DNA from: Candidatus Bathyarchaeota archaeon | Lineage (GTDB): Archaea > Thermoproteota > Bathyarchaeia > Hecatellales > Hecatellaceae | Length of the DNA: 64,000 bases | Direction: 5' to 3' | Assembly: GCA_052246995.1 (NCBI GenBank) | Contig: JBQPWD010000004.1 | Location: forward strand, 96,001-160,000 | Shown: piece by piece, positions 47,252 through 56,897 of the stretch | Numbering within the stretch: the first letter of the stretch is position 1 | Layout: every line of letters begins with the position of its first letter | Translations under genes and position numbers: made by a program | Notes under the pieces: generated by a model | Database searches by the model: none | The model's input: the letters and a program-made list of their open reading frames with translations, nothing else | Told to the model about the DNA's origin: nothing

Positions 47252-48592
47252 TTAGCGAGTAATCATCTGGCTTGGTAGCCAAAGAGCTAACTGTGGGAAG
47301 AAGTATAGTATGATTATGGTTATAAACATCATAATTATGAATGGTATAGATCCTCTTAAAACATCAGATATTGGAATATCAGGAGCAATACGTTTAATGA
47401 TATAGAGGTTTAACCCTACAGGAGGGGTAATGCAGCCTGCCTCCATGTTGATTGTAACAACAACACCAAACCATATCGGGTCAAATCCCGCAGCCAATAT
47501 GATTGGATAAAGAATTGGACAAACAATAAGTATGATGGCAACCGGGGGCATAAAACATCCAAGTAAAAGTAGAAATAGATTTATAACTAGCATTAAACTC
47601 CATGGTGGAAGATTCAAGGCTATAATGGTGTTTGCTATAGTTTGAGAAATGTAAAGTTTGCTTAAAACTACACCAAAAAGATAGCCTGTGGCAATTATCA
47701 TCATAATCATAACACTATCTTTTACAGCATCTTCAAGGATAGTTGTGTAGTCTTTTTTAGATGGACGGTAAATTAAGCTAACAATGAGTAAAGCTGCAAT
47801 AGCTCCAACAGCGGCACATTCACTAGGAGTAGCCCAACCTAGGTAGAGAGAACCCATAATGAGGAGTATTATAACTACGAAGGGTATAACTTTAGGAAGT
47901 GCAATAAATTTCTCCTTCCAAGTGTAACCTTTAAACGAGGTTTCAACAACATGAGGCATTTTAAACGCAGCTTTTTTAGATTCACTGTATTGACAAAAAA
48001 CAGTCCAAATAGCAAATAAACCTGTTAACAGCAATCCTGGAATAATCCCTGCAATAAAAAGTTTACCTATAGAGGTTTGTGTAGAAATACCGTAAACTAT
48101 CATGGTAACACTTGGAGGTATAAGAATTCCAAGAGTACCACCTGCAGCAATTATACCAGTAGCAAGAGTATTAGAATATCCTCTTTTCCTCATCTCAGGA
48201 ATACCCATCTTCCCTATAGCTGCCGCTGTAGCTGGACTTGAGCCACAAAGTGCCGCAAAAATCGCACAACAAACAATGTTTGTTACACCAATACCTCCTG
48301 GAAGCCGATAAAGCCACCTGTGAACAGCCTCATAAAGATCTTCATTTGCTCTAGAACCGCCAATAACCGCACCAAGCAGTATAAATAGAGGTATAGCAAG
48401 TAAACTAAAGTCATTAAGACCTTCAAACACCCTTAAAGAAACAAGGTTAAGCTCGGCAGAACCAAGCATAAAAGCAATAAAAAGCAGGGAAACAAAACCT
48501 AAAGCAAAAGCAATAGGCATACCACTTAAAAGAAAGATTAATGCAACAAGGAAAACTATAATCCCTAATATAAGTAAGTCCATCTTTTCCAC
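47252..48592 (-). CDS. dctM: TRAP transporter large permease
   Basis: LLAIPLFIL, GSSPATAAAIG, GGTLGILIPPS, DPIWFG, ITPPVGLNL. Confidence 0.95.
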   Translation of the reverse strand: MEKMDLLILGIIVFLVALIFLLSGMPIAFALGFVSLLFIAFMLGSAELNLVSLRVFEGLNDFSLLAIPLFILLGAVIGGSRANEDLYEAVHRWLYRLPGGIGVTNIVCCAIFAALCGSSPATAAAIGKMGIPEMRKRGYSNTLATGIIAAGGTLGILIPPSVTMIVYGISTQTSIGKLFIAGIIPGLLLTGLFAIWTVFCQYSESKKAAFKMPHVVETSFKGYTWKEKFIALPKVIPFVVIILLIMGSLYLGWATPSECAAVGAIAALLIVSLIYRPSKKDYTTILEDAVKDSVMIMMIIATGYLFGVVLSKLYISQTIANTIIALNLPPWSLMLVINLFLLLLGCFMPPVAIILIVCPILYPIILAAGFDPIWFGVVVTINMEAGCITPPVGLNLYIIKRIAPDIPISDVLRGSIPFIIMMFITIIILYFFPQLALWLPSQMITR

Positions 48593-48602
48593 CTCACCTA
48601 CA

Positions 48603-49169
48603 CTACTTTACATCCTTCACCTCTGAGAATTGTTCTTTAACAACTTCTTCAGGCTTTTTAGAAATTAACTCAGCAATATAAACTATGTATTGTAACGATA
48701 GAAGAATCATTCCAAGGGGTATAAACGCGTATGGAATTGCCAACGGAGGATTAAAGAGAGTCCCGGTTCTCCAACCTAAGCTGTAGGCAGTCCACCACAA
48801 CACTAAACCTCTCCATGCAACAAAAATAGCAAAAGTTAGAGACAATATAGAGCCGACTATTAAAAGCCAATGCCTAACTTTAGGTGGTAAAAGCCTTATT
48901 ACCAAGTCTACGTTTATGTGGGCATTATGCTTTAACCCGTAACCAGCGCCAACAAGAGTAACAAACATAATTAGATAAATTGAGGTTTCTATCTCCCAAA
49001 CGGTTGGAATTCTAAAGATATATCTAACCAAAACCTCGTAAACTAGAATAACACCAGAAGCAACTATAAAAATGAAGCATATCCTACCAACAGTTTCATT
49101 TATCCAATCTATGACACGGAAAAACATGTTTTTACCATTTTTTCTGTTTCTACTCATAGGTAACATCAC
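48603..49169 (-). CDS. dctQ: TRAP transporter small permease
   Basis: Four TM helices; EVLVRYIF.IPTVW..E, HINVD. Confidence 0.92.
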   Translation of the reverse strand: MMLPMSRNRKNGKNMFFRVIDWINETVGRICFIFIVASGVILVYEVLVRYIFRIPTVWEIETSIYLIMFVTLVGAGYGLKHNAHINVDLVIRLLPPKVRHWLLIVGSILSLTFAIFVAWRGLVLWWTAYSLGWRTGTLFNPPLAIPYAFIPLGMILLSLQYIVYIAELISKKPEEVVKEQFSEVKDVK

Positions 49170-49267
49170 TAACAGTAGTTTCGCTCCTGAATAGCCCAGG
49201 ACTTTTGTGTAAAGAAAGTTATGTATACAAAAGACGTATATAAAATTTTTTAAAAAAAAGGTTTTGG

Positions 49268-50338
49268 TTATGGTTTTACTTTTAACATTAACTCTATAAG
49301 CTCTTTACCACCCGGAACAGTTTCTGAGAAAGTCTTCCACGAGGTATTTTCTGCAACCTTAGCCCAAGCATTCCATTCATCCATAGTCATATCATGAACT
49401 TTTAAACCCTTCTCCTCAAAGAAGTTTGCAGTTTTTATATCGCTTGCCTTCAGCTCCTGAGCCAGCCAGCTTTCAAGTTCACCTGAAACCTTTAAAACAG
49501 CCTTCTGCTGTTCAGGTGTTAAGCTATTCCATGTGGGCATACCCATTACAAGAGGTTCCAACATAAACCATATACAATAACCCTTTCTTGGAGAGGTGTA
49601 GTAGTTTAGCACCTCGTAAAGCCTGTAAGAGTAAAATGACTCAGAAGATGTTAAACATGCATCTAAAACCTTTGTTTGCAATGCTTGATAAAGCTCTGAT
49701 GAAGGCATGCTTGTAATAGCCGCACCACATGCATTTAACATAGTCTCAAACATCCTACCCGCAGCCCTCATTTTCAAACCTTTAACATCTTCAGGCAAAA
49801 TTATTGGACGTGGAACACTTCCAATACCGCCACCAAACCAAGCACCATACCATACAAGCAATTTTATCCCATTTTTTTCACATATTTCTTGAAGCTTTTT
49901 ACCTATTTCAGCGTCTTTCCACTTCATTCCATGGTCAATGTTTGTAATACTACAAGGCATGAGGGTTATTGATAACTGTGGAACCTTACCTGAAGCATAA
50001 TCTAACGGATAAACTGATAAGTCAAGTGCACCTGCAACTAAAGCATCATATTGTTCCGCAGCCTTATAAAGAGATTGAGCAGGATAAATTTCAAATTTTA
50101 ATGTACCACCAGTTTCCTCCTCAACCCTCTTAGCAAATTTCTCGCAAAGAACATGTCTAAGGTCAGCACTTGCCCATTGGTGGGATATTTTTAAAGTTCT
50201 TGGTGTAGGTTTTGTTGGAGGCTTTTGAGTAGCTTGCCAGGCAGCATATCCGCCAACACCAACAACAGCAGCGGCAACAATTGCAGCAACTCCATACTTT
50301 AGAAACTTTCTACGTGATGTATCAACACCACTAGACAT
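49268..50338 (-). CDS. dctP: TRAP substrate-binding protein with twin-arginine signal
   Basis: SRRKFLK Tat motif plus TM helix; PEDVKGLKMRA (conserved Arg), SELYQALQTKVLD. Confidence 0.92.
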   Translation of the reverse strand: MSSGVDTSRRKFLKYGVAAIVAAAVVGVGGYAAWQATQKPPTKPTPRTLKISHQWASADLRHVLCEKFAKRVEEETGGTLKFEIYPAQSLYKAAEQYDALVAGALDLSVYPLDYASGKVPQLSITLMPCSITNIDHGMKWKDAEIGKKLQEICEKNGIKLLVWYGAWFGGGIGSVPRPIILPEDVKGLKMRAAGRMFETMLNACGAAITSMPSSELYQALQTKVLDACLTSSESFYSYRLYEVLNYYTSPRKGYCIWFMLEPLVMGMPTWNSLTPEQQKAVLKVSGELESWLAQELKASDIKTANFFEEKGLKVHDMTMDEWNAWAKVAENTSWKTFSETVPGGKELIELMLKVKP

Positions 50339-50457
50339 AGAAAACCCCCTAAGTTAACTTAATCTTTAACTAACAAATGGAAAACTACTATTATTTAATT
50401 TTTTCGTACTAACTAACTTCTTATTTTAGCTAAAAATTAACTTAGAAGGTAGACTTA

Positions 50458-50760
50458 TTACTGAAGCTTTTTAATTATCTCAGCTCTAAGCTCGTCATTT
50501 GTTTTTCCTTCAGGGTCTATTCCAAGCTCTTTGGCAACTTTAACAAGTTTTTCTCTTGTTTCTAAATCTATAGTTTTTGATTGCGGTTTTGACTTATCTG
50601 TAGATTCCCCTTTCAGCTCTTTTTCAATATCCATTTTTCCACGTTCAAACTCCATCCTAGCTCTTCCAAGAGCTCTTGCAAGTTCAGGTATCTTTTTTGC
50701 TCCAAAAATCAATATTAGTGCAAGAAAAATTAGGATAAGCCATTCCTGACCAATAACCAA
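50458..50760 (-). CDS. tatA: Twin-arginine translocase TatA
   Basis: EWLILIFLALILIFGAKKIPELARALG..EF. Confidence 0.93.
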   Translation of the reverse strand: MVIGQEWLILIFLALILIFGAKKIPELARALGRARMEFERGKMDIEKELKGESTDKSKPQSKTIDLETREKLVKVAKELGIDPEGKTNDELRAEIIKKLQ

Positions 50761-50820
50761 AATTTATCACCAATTAAGATTGAGACAATTTTAGTTAATA
50801 TATAGTAGTATTTTAACTTT

Positions 50821-51651
50821 TTAACTTAAACTTTTCTTTACTTCTTCCCTTGGAAGAAAGCCAAAACCTTTTACTGAGAGGATGTATCCAAGCAGATATA
50901 GTATGATAAGAGGGAAAGCAACAATGCACATCGTAATACCACTACCGTCAGGGGTAATAACAGCGCCGAAGACAAAAAAAGCAAAAACAGCTATTCTAAA
51001 ATACTCTCTCCAAGTTTTTGGCTCAATAACACCTAAAGATGAAAGGGTAACCATAATTATAGGTAATTGAAAAGCTAAGCCAAAACTTACAAGAAAAAGT
51101 GTAACAAAAGAAATAAAACTCTCAATTGTAATGAATGTTGCCACTTGAAGAGCAAAACCGTATCTATAAAGGAAGAAGATGATAAAGGGTATAAGAGCAT
51201 AATATGAGAAAATACATCCGCTAATAAAGAGTATTGTTGATGGAACTATAAGCCTAGCTATAAGCTTTTTTTCATGAGGATATAAACCTGGAGCAACAAA
51301 GCCCATAACTTCATGAATTATTACAGGCATACCAAACAATATGCCAAGAAAAATTGAAACATAAAGTGTAGCGGTTATTGCTTCTGCAGGTGTTGTTTGA
51401 ATAAGTCTTACACCTTCGGGAAGCAAATCTTGCTGAATCTTCCTTAAAAGGTCAGCGGCGGTACTGTTAAATATTGCAGGGTAGGGGTAATAGTAGGTAA
51501 TGTTGTTGGAAAATTCTGCCTTCTGAATTTTAAACATAAAGAAAAAAAACGTTAAAAAACCAACAACTATAAATACACGTAGTAATCTCGTCCGCAATTC
51601 GTCAAGGTGTTCTAAAAAGCTTCTTTCCCTACCACTTCCAGCCTCAACCAA
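50821..51651 (-). CDS. tatC: Twin-arginine translocase TatC
   Basis: EHLDELRTRL, FVAPGLYPHEK, FGLAFQLP, ITPD. Confidence 0.95.
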   Translation of the reverse strand: MVEAGSGRERSFLEHLDELRTRLLRVFIVVGFLTFFFFMFKIQKAEFSNNITYYYPYPAIFNSTAADLLRKIQQDLLPEGVRLIQTTPAEAITATLYVSIFLGILFGMPVIIHEVMGFVAPGLYPHEKKLIARLIVPSTILFISGCIFSYYALIPFIIFFLYRYGFALQVATFITIESFISFVTLFLVSFGLAFQLPIIMVTLSSLGVIEPKTWREYFRIAVFAFFVFGAVITPDGSGITMCIVAFPLIILYLLGYILSVKGFGFLPREEVKKSLS

Positions 51652-51864
51652 TCTTCCACCATCAACAAGAAGCTAACATATGCACTTTAAACATTTAATA
51701 GGAAGCCCAATTTTTAAACTAAACTACTGAAAATGTTAACAATTTTTATAATCTGATACGAAAACTCAATTATACGATGCGTATCCAAAATACTTAGTTC
51801 ACTCGCAACTCTAAAATTTCTAGGAAAAATGCTATTCTTCCCCAACAGCCTACAAACCTTTAAA

Positions 51865-52332
51865 TTAACCGTGTATAAGTTTTCTTGCTTCCCCTCTGGG
51901 TATGTAGCGGAGAGCTCCTGTTGTACAAAACTTAACACACCACGGGTCTCCTTCACATAAGTCACATTTGTAGGAAACTTTAAGTGTAGAATCATAGTGT
52001 GGTATGCTTATTGGGCATGCAAAATTGCATGACCTACATCCGATACACTGTGTAGTGTTAATTTTGACAATCCCCTTTTCATCCTTTCTTATAGCATTAA
52101 CAGGACATGATGATTCACATGCTGGATATTCGCAGTGGGCACAGTGTGCTGAAATAAAGTATGCAAATTTATCAGGGTTTGGAAAAACTTTTACATGAGA
52201 TTTGTCCTCAGATATGACCTTGAAGTGTTTAAAAGAACATACAACCATACAAAGTAGACAACCACTACACTTTTCAGGGGTATAGTAGAGAACTCCTTGC
52301 TCTTCAGGTTTAACTATTTTTTGAAAACTCAT
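51865..52332 (-). CDS. 4x[4Fe-4S] electron-transfer subunit (HycB/HyfA/CooF-like)
   Basis: CSGCLLCMVVC, CAHCEYPACESSCP, CIGCRSCNFACP, KCDLC..PWCVKFC. Confidence 0.9.
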   Translation of the reverse strand: MSFQKIVKPEEQGVLYYTPEKCSGCLLCMVVCSFKHFKVISEDKSHVKVFPNPDKFAYFISAHCAHCEYPACESSCPVNAIRKDEKGIVKINTTQCIGCRSCNFACPISIPHYDSTLKVSYKCDLCEGDPWCVKFCTTGALRYIPRGEARKLIHG

Positions 52333-52334
52333 TT

Positions 52335-52580
52335 TTAACCCCTCCCCAGAAGTGTTTTAAACTCTTCATGTACTTTTACAAGCCTTTCGGCTAAAGCCTT
52401 CTCTTCTTCACTACCAACTTTGGAGAAAAAATCTTTAACCAGCTTCTCAAGTTCTTCAAGGTTTTTTGCTTCACTAAAAAGTTTTAAATAAAGATTTACA
52501 ATTTTTGTTCTTAAATGGTATCCTACGTAAAGTTTTGCTATTCTCCTTAAATTATCCTTAACTAGGTAGGTTACCTCCAA
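52335..52580 (-). CDS. Small helical hypothetical protein inside the hydrogenase operon
   Basis: 81 aa, tightly packed (2-19 nt gaps), GGTGG RBS upstream. Confidence 0.7.
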   Translation of the reverse strand: MEVTYLVKDNLRRIAKLYVGYHLRTKIVNLYLKLFSEAKNLEELEKLVKDFFSKVGSEEEKALAERLVKVHEEFKTLLGRG

Positions 52581-52599
52581 CCTTTTTCCACCAACCTAA

Positions 52600-53040
52600 C
52601 TAGACTTTTTCTTTTAACTTTTGAATTGCCAACGCTATTCCATGAATAATTGCTTCAGGTTTAGGTGGACATCCTGGAACATAAACATCAACAGGGATAA
52701 TTTTGTTTACAGGACCTCCAAACCCATAGCTTACATAATCACCTTCACCATAAAACACCCCTCCTGTTAATGCGCAAGAACCTACAGCAACAACAACCTT
52801 CGGGTTTGGAATCTGTTCATAAACTCTTTTTAAAGCTTTTGTTATATGTTTTGAAACTTGGCCTGCAACAACAAGGATATCCGCCTGTCTAGGAGTACCT
52901 GTAAGCCTTATACCAAGTCTTTCAACATCATATCTTGGAGTTAAACATGCAACAATCTCTATGTGGCAACCGTTACATCCGCCACATGGTGTAAACATTA
53001 TCCAAGGAGACTTGGCTCTTGACCAGGCTTTTAAACCCAA
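52600..53040 (-). CDS. Group 4 [NiFe]-hydrogenase small subunit (HycG/NuoB-like)
   Basis: CGGCNGCHIE, TPRQADIL, VAVGSCALTGG, PVDVYVPGCPPKP. Confidence 0.93.
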   Translation of the reverse strand: MGLKAWSRAKSPWIMFTPCGGCNGCHIEIVACLTPRYDVERLGIRLTGTPRQADILVVAGQVSKHITKALKRVYEQIPNPKVVVAVGSCALTGGVFYGEGDYVSYGFGGPVNKIIPVDVYVPGCPPKPEAIIHGIALAIQKLKEKV

Positions 53041-53053
53041 AATGGTAAACCCC

Positions 53054-53602
53054 TTAATAATACTTTCTTGGATGGTAATTAAGTCTAAAACTAAGCTGCT
53101 TTCTACACGTTGAACAATATTTAGAGTAAACTTGGAAGTCTTTTTCTATGGTTTCTTTTTGAGAAACGTTAATTTTACTTAAACCCCTATCTCTAACCTT
53201 TAAAATTTGAGGTTCTGGAGCAAAATACCGTCCACAGTTTTCACACACAGCTTGGTTTACCTCAACAACCTCCTTGGCCTGATTTAAATCATAAACTGCA
53301 AGCTCAAACTTACTTGTAAGCATGATAGCGTCTTCAGGGCATACTTCTTGACAGGTTGCACAGTAAAGACATTTTCCAAGGTTAACTTCTATTTTTCTTT
53401 TACCGTTTTCTTCTACTATTGTTATAGCTTCAGGGGGGCAGCAATTAAAACATCCACCACAACCAACACACTTTTCTCTGTCAAACTCAGGTTTACCACG
53501 CAAACCTTCAGGTAAGTAAGCAGGTGGACCGAAAGGATACTTTATTGTTACACATCGAGCTAAGCTTTTAAATGCCTCAACCAAAACTTTTAGATTAACC
53601 AT
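53054..53602 (-). CDS. HycF/NuoI-like 2x[4Fe-4S] subunit with extra C-terminal CxxC...CxxC
   Basis: TIKYP, RGKP, CVGCGGCFNCCP, CLYCATCQEVCP, CENCG...CSTCR. Confidence 0.9.
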   Translation of the reverse strand: MVNLKVLVEAFKSLARCVTIKYPFGPPAYLPEGLRGKPEFDREKCVGCGGCFNCCPPEAITIVEENGKRKIEVNLGKCLYCATCQEVCPEDAIMLTSKFELAVYDLNQAKEVVEVNQAVCENCGRYFAPEPQILKVRDRGLSKINVSQKETIEKDFQVYSKYCSTCRKQLSFRLNYHPRKYY

Positions 53603-55346
53603 TTTCCACTCGCCTCGACTTAAGTCTTGATTTTTCAGCTAGCATACTAAAGCTAACAGGTTTAACCTTTTTTTCTTTAATATCCTCCAAAACTATCATT
53701 ATGGAGCGGTCGGTACATGCCAAGCAGGGATCTATGCTTGCAATAATTATAGGTGCATCAGCAATTGTTTGGTCTCTAAGCATGTAAAGTGTTGATGGGT
53801 TGTTTAGGAAAGATGGTGTTCTAATTCTAACTCTATCAGGAATATGGGTTCCGTTAGACCTAATGTAATATGTTAATTCACCTCTTGGGGCTTCAACCCT
53901 GCCAATAGCTTCCTTTCCTTCTGGAAATTCTTTGGGAATTTCAGATTGAATCGGTCCACTTGTTTTTTGTAGGAAGTCTAAACATTGCCTGCATATACTT
54001 ATACTCTGTAAAAGTTCTAAAAGTCTAACTATAACCTTTGCGTACACATCCCCATCAGATTGTGTGATCACATCCCATGAAGTTTCCCTGTAAGCTAGAT
54101 ACGGGTCGTCTTTTCGAACATCAATTCTTACGTTTGAACCCCTAGCGGTAGGCCCAACAACACCAACTTCTTTTGCCGCATCTTTTGTTAAAACACCAAT
54201 TCCAATTGTTCTTTTACGGATTAACGGTTCGCTTGTTGCAATATCAATATACTTTTTAGTTGCTTTTTCTAACACGTCAAGCGTTTTCTCGATTTTTGGT
54301 ATCATATCACGGGTTATATCTCTACGAACACCACCAATAGTGTTCATTGCGTGATTTACCCTGTTACCGGAAACCATTTCAAAAATATCTAAAACATGTT
54401 CCCTGTCTCTCCAGAACCACATAAAAGCTGTTTTATAACCTATCAAATCCATGCCTACACCAGCCCATAAAAGGTGGCTGTGGATTCTTTCAAGCTCTTT
54501 AATCAACGTTCTAACATACCTTCCCCTGTCCGGCAGTTCTATGTCTCCAAGCATTTCAACAGTTCTACAGTATGCTGAAGTGTGTGCATGTGAACAAATT
54601 CCACAAACACGCTCCGAGATGTATATGTTTCTCCAGTAGCTTCTTTTTTCCATAAGCTTCATTATACCTCTATGGTTAAAGCCTGGCTTCATATCTGCCT
54701 CAACAATTTTTTCACCATCAACTTTTAACCTAAAATACCAAGCTTCAACTAGAAGTGGATGGAAAGGTCCTATTGGAACAATCGACAACTCAGGCTTACC
54801 CTCAACATCAACCGGTAAAGGTATCCACTTTCCAACTTTTTTACGCTGTTCTTCTGCAGAATGTTCCATTACTTTTTCTACTTTTACCTCCTCAACTTCA
54901 CCTGGCCACTCATAAGGTAAAACAAAGTGACGAGGATCTATCAGTTCTTCAAACGTTATACCGTTAAGCTCACCCATCTCTCTTTCAGCATAAACTGCTG
55001 AGTAGTAAATGGGTGAAACTGAGTCTACACTAGGTGTTTCGCGTGAAAGTGTTGTTTTAACGGTTAAGGTTAAGCTTTCATCAAAGGTTTTGTCCTTGTA
55101 GTCAAATGCGTAATGGTAAAGCACCTCAAAACCCTTAAAGTCAAGGTCGTTTACAGATATGGTTACAAGCCTAGCATCAAACTCTCCTTTTAAAAGCTCG
55201 GCTACTGGTTTAACAGCATTATTCTTAACATTAACATAAACCCTTTTTTCCCTTCCCACATACTCGCCAAGGTAATCTTCTTTTAACTTTTCCCTTAACC
55301 TTGAGATAACTGCTTCTAAAAGTGTACCTTCTTTTTGTTTTTCCAT
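53595..55346 (-). CDS. Group 4 [NiFe]-hydrogenase large subunit (HycE-like NuoC+NuoD fusion)
   Basis: AEREMGEL.G NuoC domain; GPFHP, NHRGI, ERVCGICSHAH (L1), ELERIHSH, EAPRGE, DPCLACTDR (L2) plus C-terminal extension. Confidence 0.93.
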   Translation of the reverse strand: MEKQKEGTLLEAVISRLREKLKEDYLGEYVGREKRVYVNVKNNAVKPVAELLKGEFDARLVTISVNDLDFKGFEVLYHYAFDYKDKTFDESLTLTVKTTLSRETPSVDSVSPIYYSAVYAEREMGELNGITFEELIDPRHFVLPYEWPGEVEEVKVEKVMEHSAEEQRKKVGKWIPLPVDVEGKPELSIVPIGPFHPLLVEAWYFRLKVDGEKIVEADMKPGFNHRGIMKLMEKRSYWRNIYISERVCGICSHAHTSAYCRTVEMLGDIELPDRGRYVRTLIKELERIHSHLLWAGVGMDLIGYKTAFMWFWRDREHVLDIFEMVSGNRVNHAMNTIGGVRRDITRDMIPKIEKTLDVLEKATKKYIDIATSEPLIRKRTIGIGVLTKDAAKEVGVVGPTARGSNVRIDVRKDDPYLAYRETSWDVITQSDGDVYAKVIVRLLELLQSISICRQCLDFLQKTSGPIQSEIPKEFPEGKEAIGRVEAPRGELTYYIRSNGTHIPDRVRIRTPSFLNNPSTLYMLRDQTIADAPIIIASIDPCLACTDRSIMIVLEDIKEKKVKPVSFSMLAEKSRLKSRRVENG

Positions 55347-55350
55347 TTTT

Positions 55351-55941
55351 TTACCACCTTAAAAGCATAAGCTTACGAACATCCAAACTTTTTGTTCGTT
55401 TATACAAAAGAAGTGCTAAACCCATAACCAGAATAATGGTCGCTGTTTTTATTATAACTAAGCTAATCTCAACACTAACTGGAAACTCTACTCCTAGCAT
55501 TAGAGTGTGAGTTGCGTTATTTAGGAGGGTTAAACCGAGTCCAAGCTTTACTAGGTCAGCTTTAGCAAGCATTGTATAAATTCCAATAACAAATAAAGGA
55601 ATAGCCGTTAACATCCTAGGGTCGGTAAAGTTTAGAAAAGCATAAACCGTGAAGACACCAATTAAGAAGAGCAGAATTGAAGACGATGTTAATCCGTCTA
55701 TAAAAGGCTCCTCTGAGAGGCTTTTAGTCTTTCTAATTGTTAGGTAAATAACTAGTGGAAATACTATAATGAGAGAAATAACTGAAAGAAGAAAACTCTG
55801 AGTTGAAAGCTCCTGATAGAAAACTGAAACCAAGAGAATACCTTGAACAAGAAGACAAGTTGTTGATACATACAGGTTTCTATGTTCACATATAGCCATA
55901 CCAAGAACGGTTGCAACAATAATTACAGGGGTTAAATCCAT
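55351..55941 (-). CDS. Hydrogenase membrane subunit (HyfE/NuoK-like)
   Basis: Multi-TM; C-terminal KLGLGLTLLNNA...LLYKRTKSLDVRKL resembles NuoK/MrpC. Confidence 0.7.
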   Translation of the reverse strand: MDLTPVIIVATVLGMAICEHRNLYVSTTCLLVQGILLVSVFYQELSTQSFLLSVISLIIVFPLVIYLTIRKTKSLSEEPFIDGLTSSSILLFLIGVFTVYAFLNFTDPRMLTAIPLFVIGIYTMLAKADLVKLGLGLTLLNNATHTLMLGVEFPVSVEISLVIIKTATIILVMGLALLLYKRTKSLDVRKLMLLRW

Positions 55942-55951
55942 AATTTCCCAC

Positions 55952-56896
55952 CTAAACCATAATTACAGCCAATATTAAGCCTGCAAGAGACAAACCTAAA
56001 ATTCCAGTTAAATACCATTTAAAAGCCTGGTCAATTCGAAAACGTGGATTTGCAGTATGAACTATAACCATTAAAACAACAACAAAAGTCATTTTTGCCA
56101 GAAACCATAAAACATTCCACGGGAAGGGTAAACCATCTCCACCACCAAGAAAGAGGTTTGTAAACAAAGCGCTAAAAACCACCCATTTAACAAAGATTGA
56201 AAGTCTAAAAACTCCATAGAGAGGTCCACCGTATTCAACATATGGGCCAGCAATAATTTCTTGTTCAGCTTCAGATACATCAAAAGGTCTGAGAGCAAGT
56301 TTTGCAAGCAAACAGATAAATAAGACTACAGCTGCAAACGGGTTTAAAACTAAGAACCATGTATTCCTAATTTGATAATTTACAATTTCCCAGAGACTTA
56401 ACGACTTCACCACGATTGCTGGAGCTAAAACTGCTAAAACAAATGGAAGCTCTTCAGCTATAAGAAGACTTACTTCCCTACTTGCTCCAACAGCACCATA
56501 CGGAGAACTTGACGAACCTCCAGCTATAACCAATGCTATTGAAGGTATTATAAGAAAGTACGCTATGACAATTACATCCCCAGCAAAGCCTACTGGAGAG
56601 GGTAAACCAAAAGGTATAAGGGTTACAGCACAAAGAAGAGAAGCTAAACTTAAAAGTGGAGCTATAACCATGTACGGCTTATAGGCAGTTATAGGGATTA
56701 TCTGCTCCTTAAAGAAGAGTTTGAAAACATCTGCAAACGACTGGTAAAACGGTGGCCCCCTCCTTGATTGAATTCTGGCTTCAAGCTTTCTTTTTAACCA
56801 ATCATACATTCCTCCAAGCAGAAAAGAAAACATGAGACCTGGATACACGATAAAACTAAAAATGCTTATTCCTATAAGCTCGTACACAATAATCAC
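55952..56896 (-). CDS. HycD/NuoH-like membrane subunit
   Basis: RKLEARIQSRRGPPFYQSFADVFKL, SPYGAVGASRE, PFDVSEAEQEI.AGP.VEYGG, NPRFRIDQ. Confidence 0.93.
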   Translation of the reverse strand: MIIVYELIGISIFSFIVYPGLMFSFLLGGMYDWLKRKLEARIQSRRGPPFYQSFADVFKLFFKEQIIPITAYKPYMVIAPLLSLASLLCAVTLIPFGLPSPVGFAGDVIVIAYFLIIPSIALVIAGGSSSSPYGAVGASREVSLLIAEELPFVLAVLAPAIVVKSLSLWEIVNYQIRNTWFLVLNPFAAVVLFICLLAKLALRPFDVSEAEQEIIAGPYVEYGGPLYGVFRLSIFVKWVVFSALFTNLFLGGGDGLPFPWNVLWFLAKMTFVVVLMVIVHTANPRFRIDQAFKWYLTGILGLSLAGLILAVIMV

Positions 56897-56897
56897 C

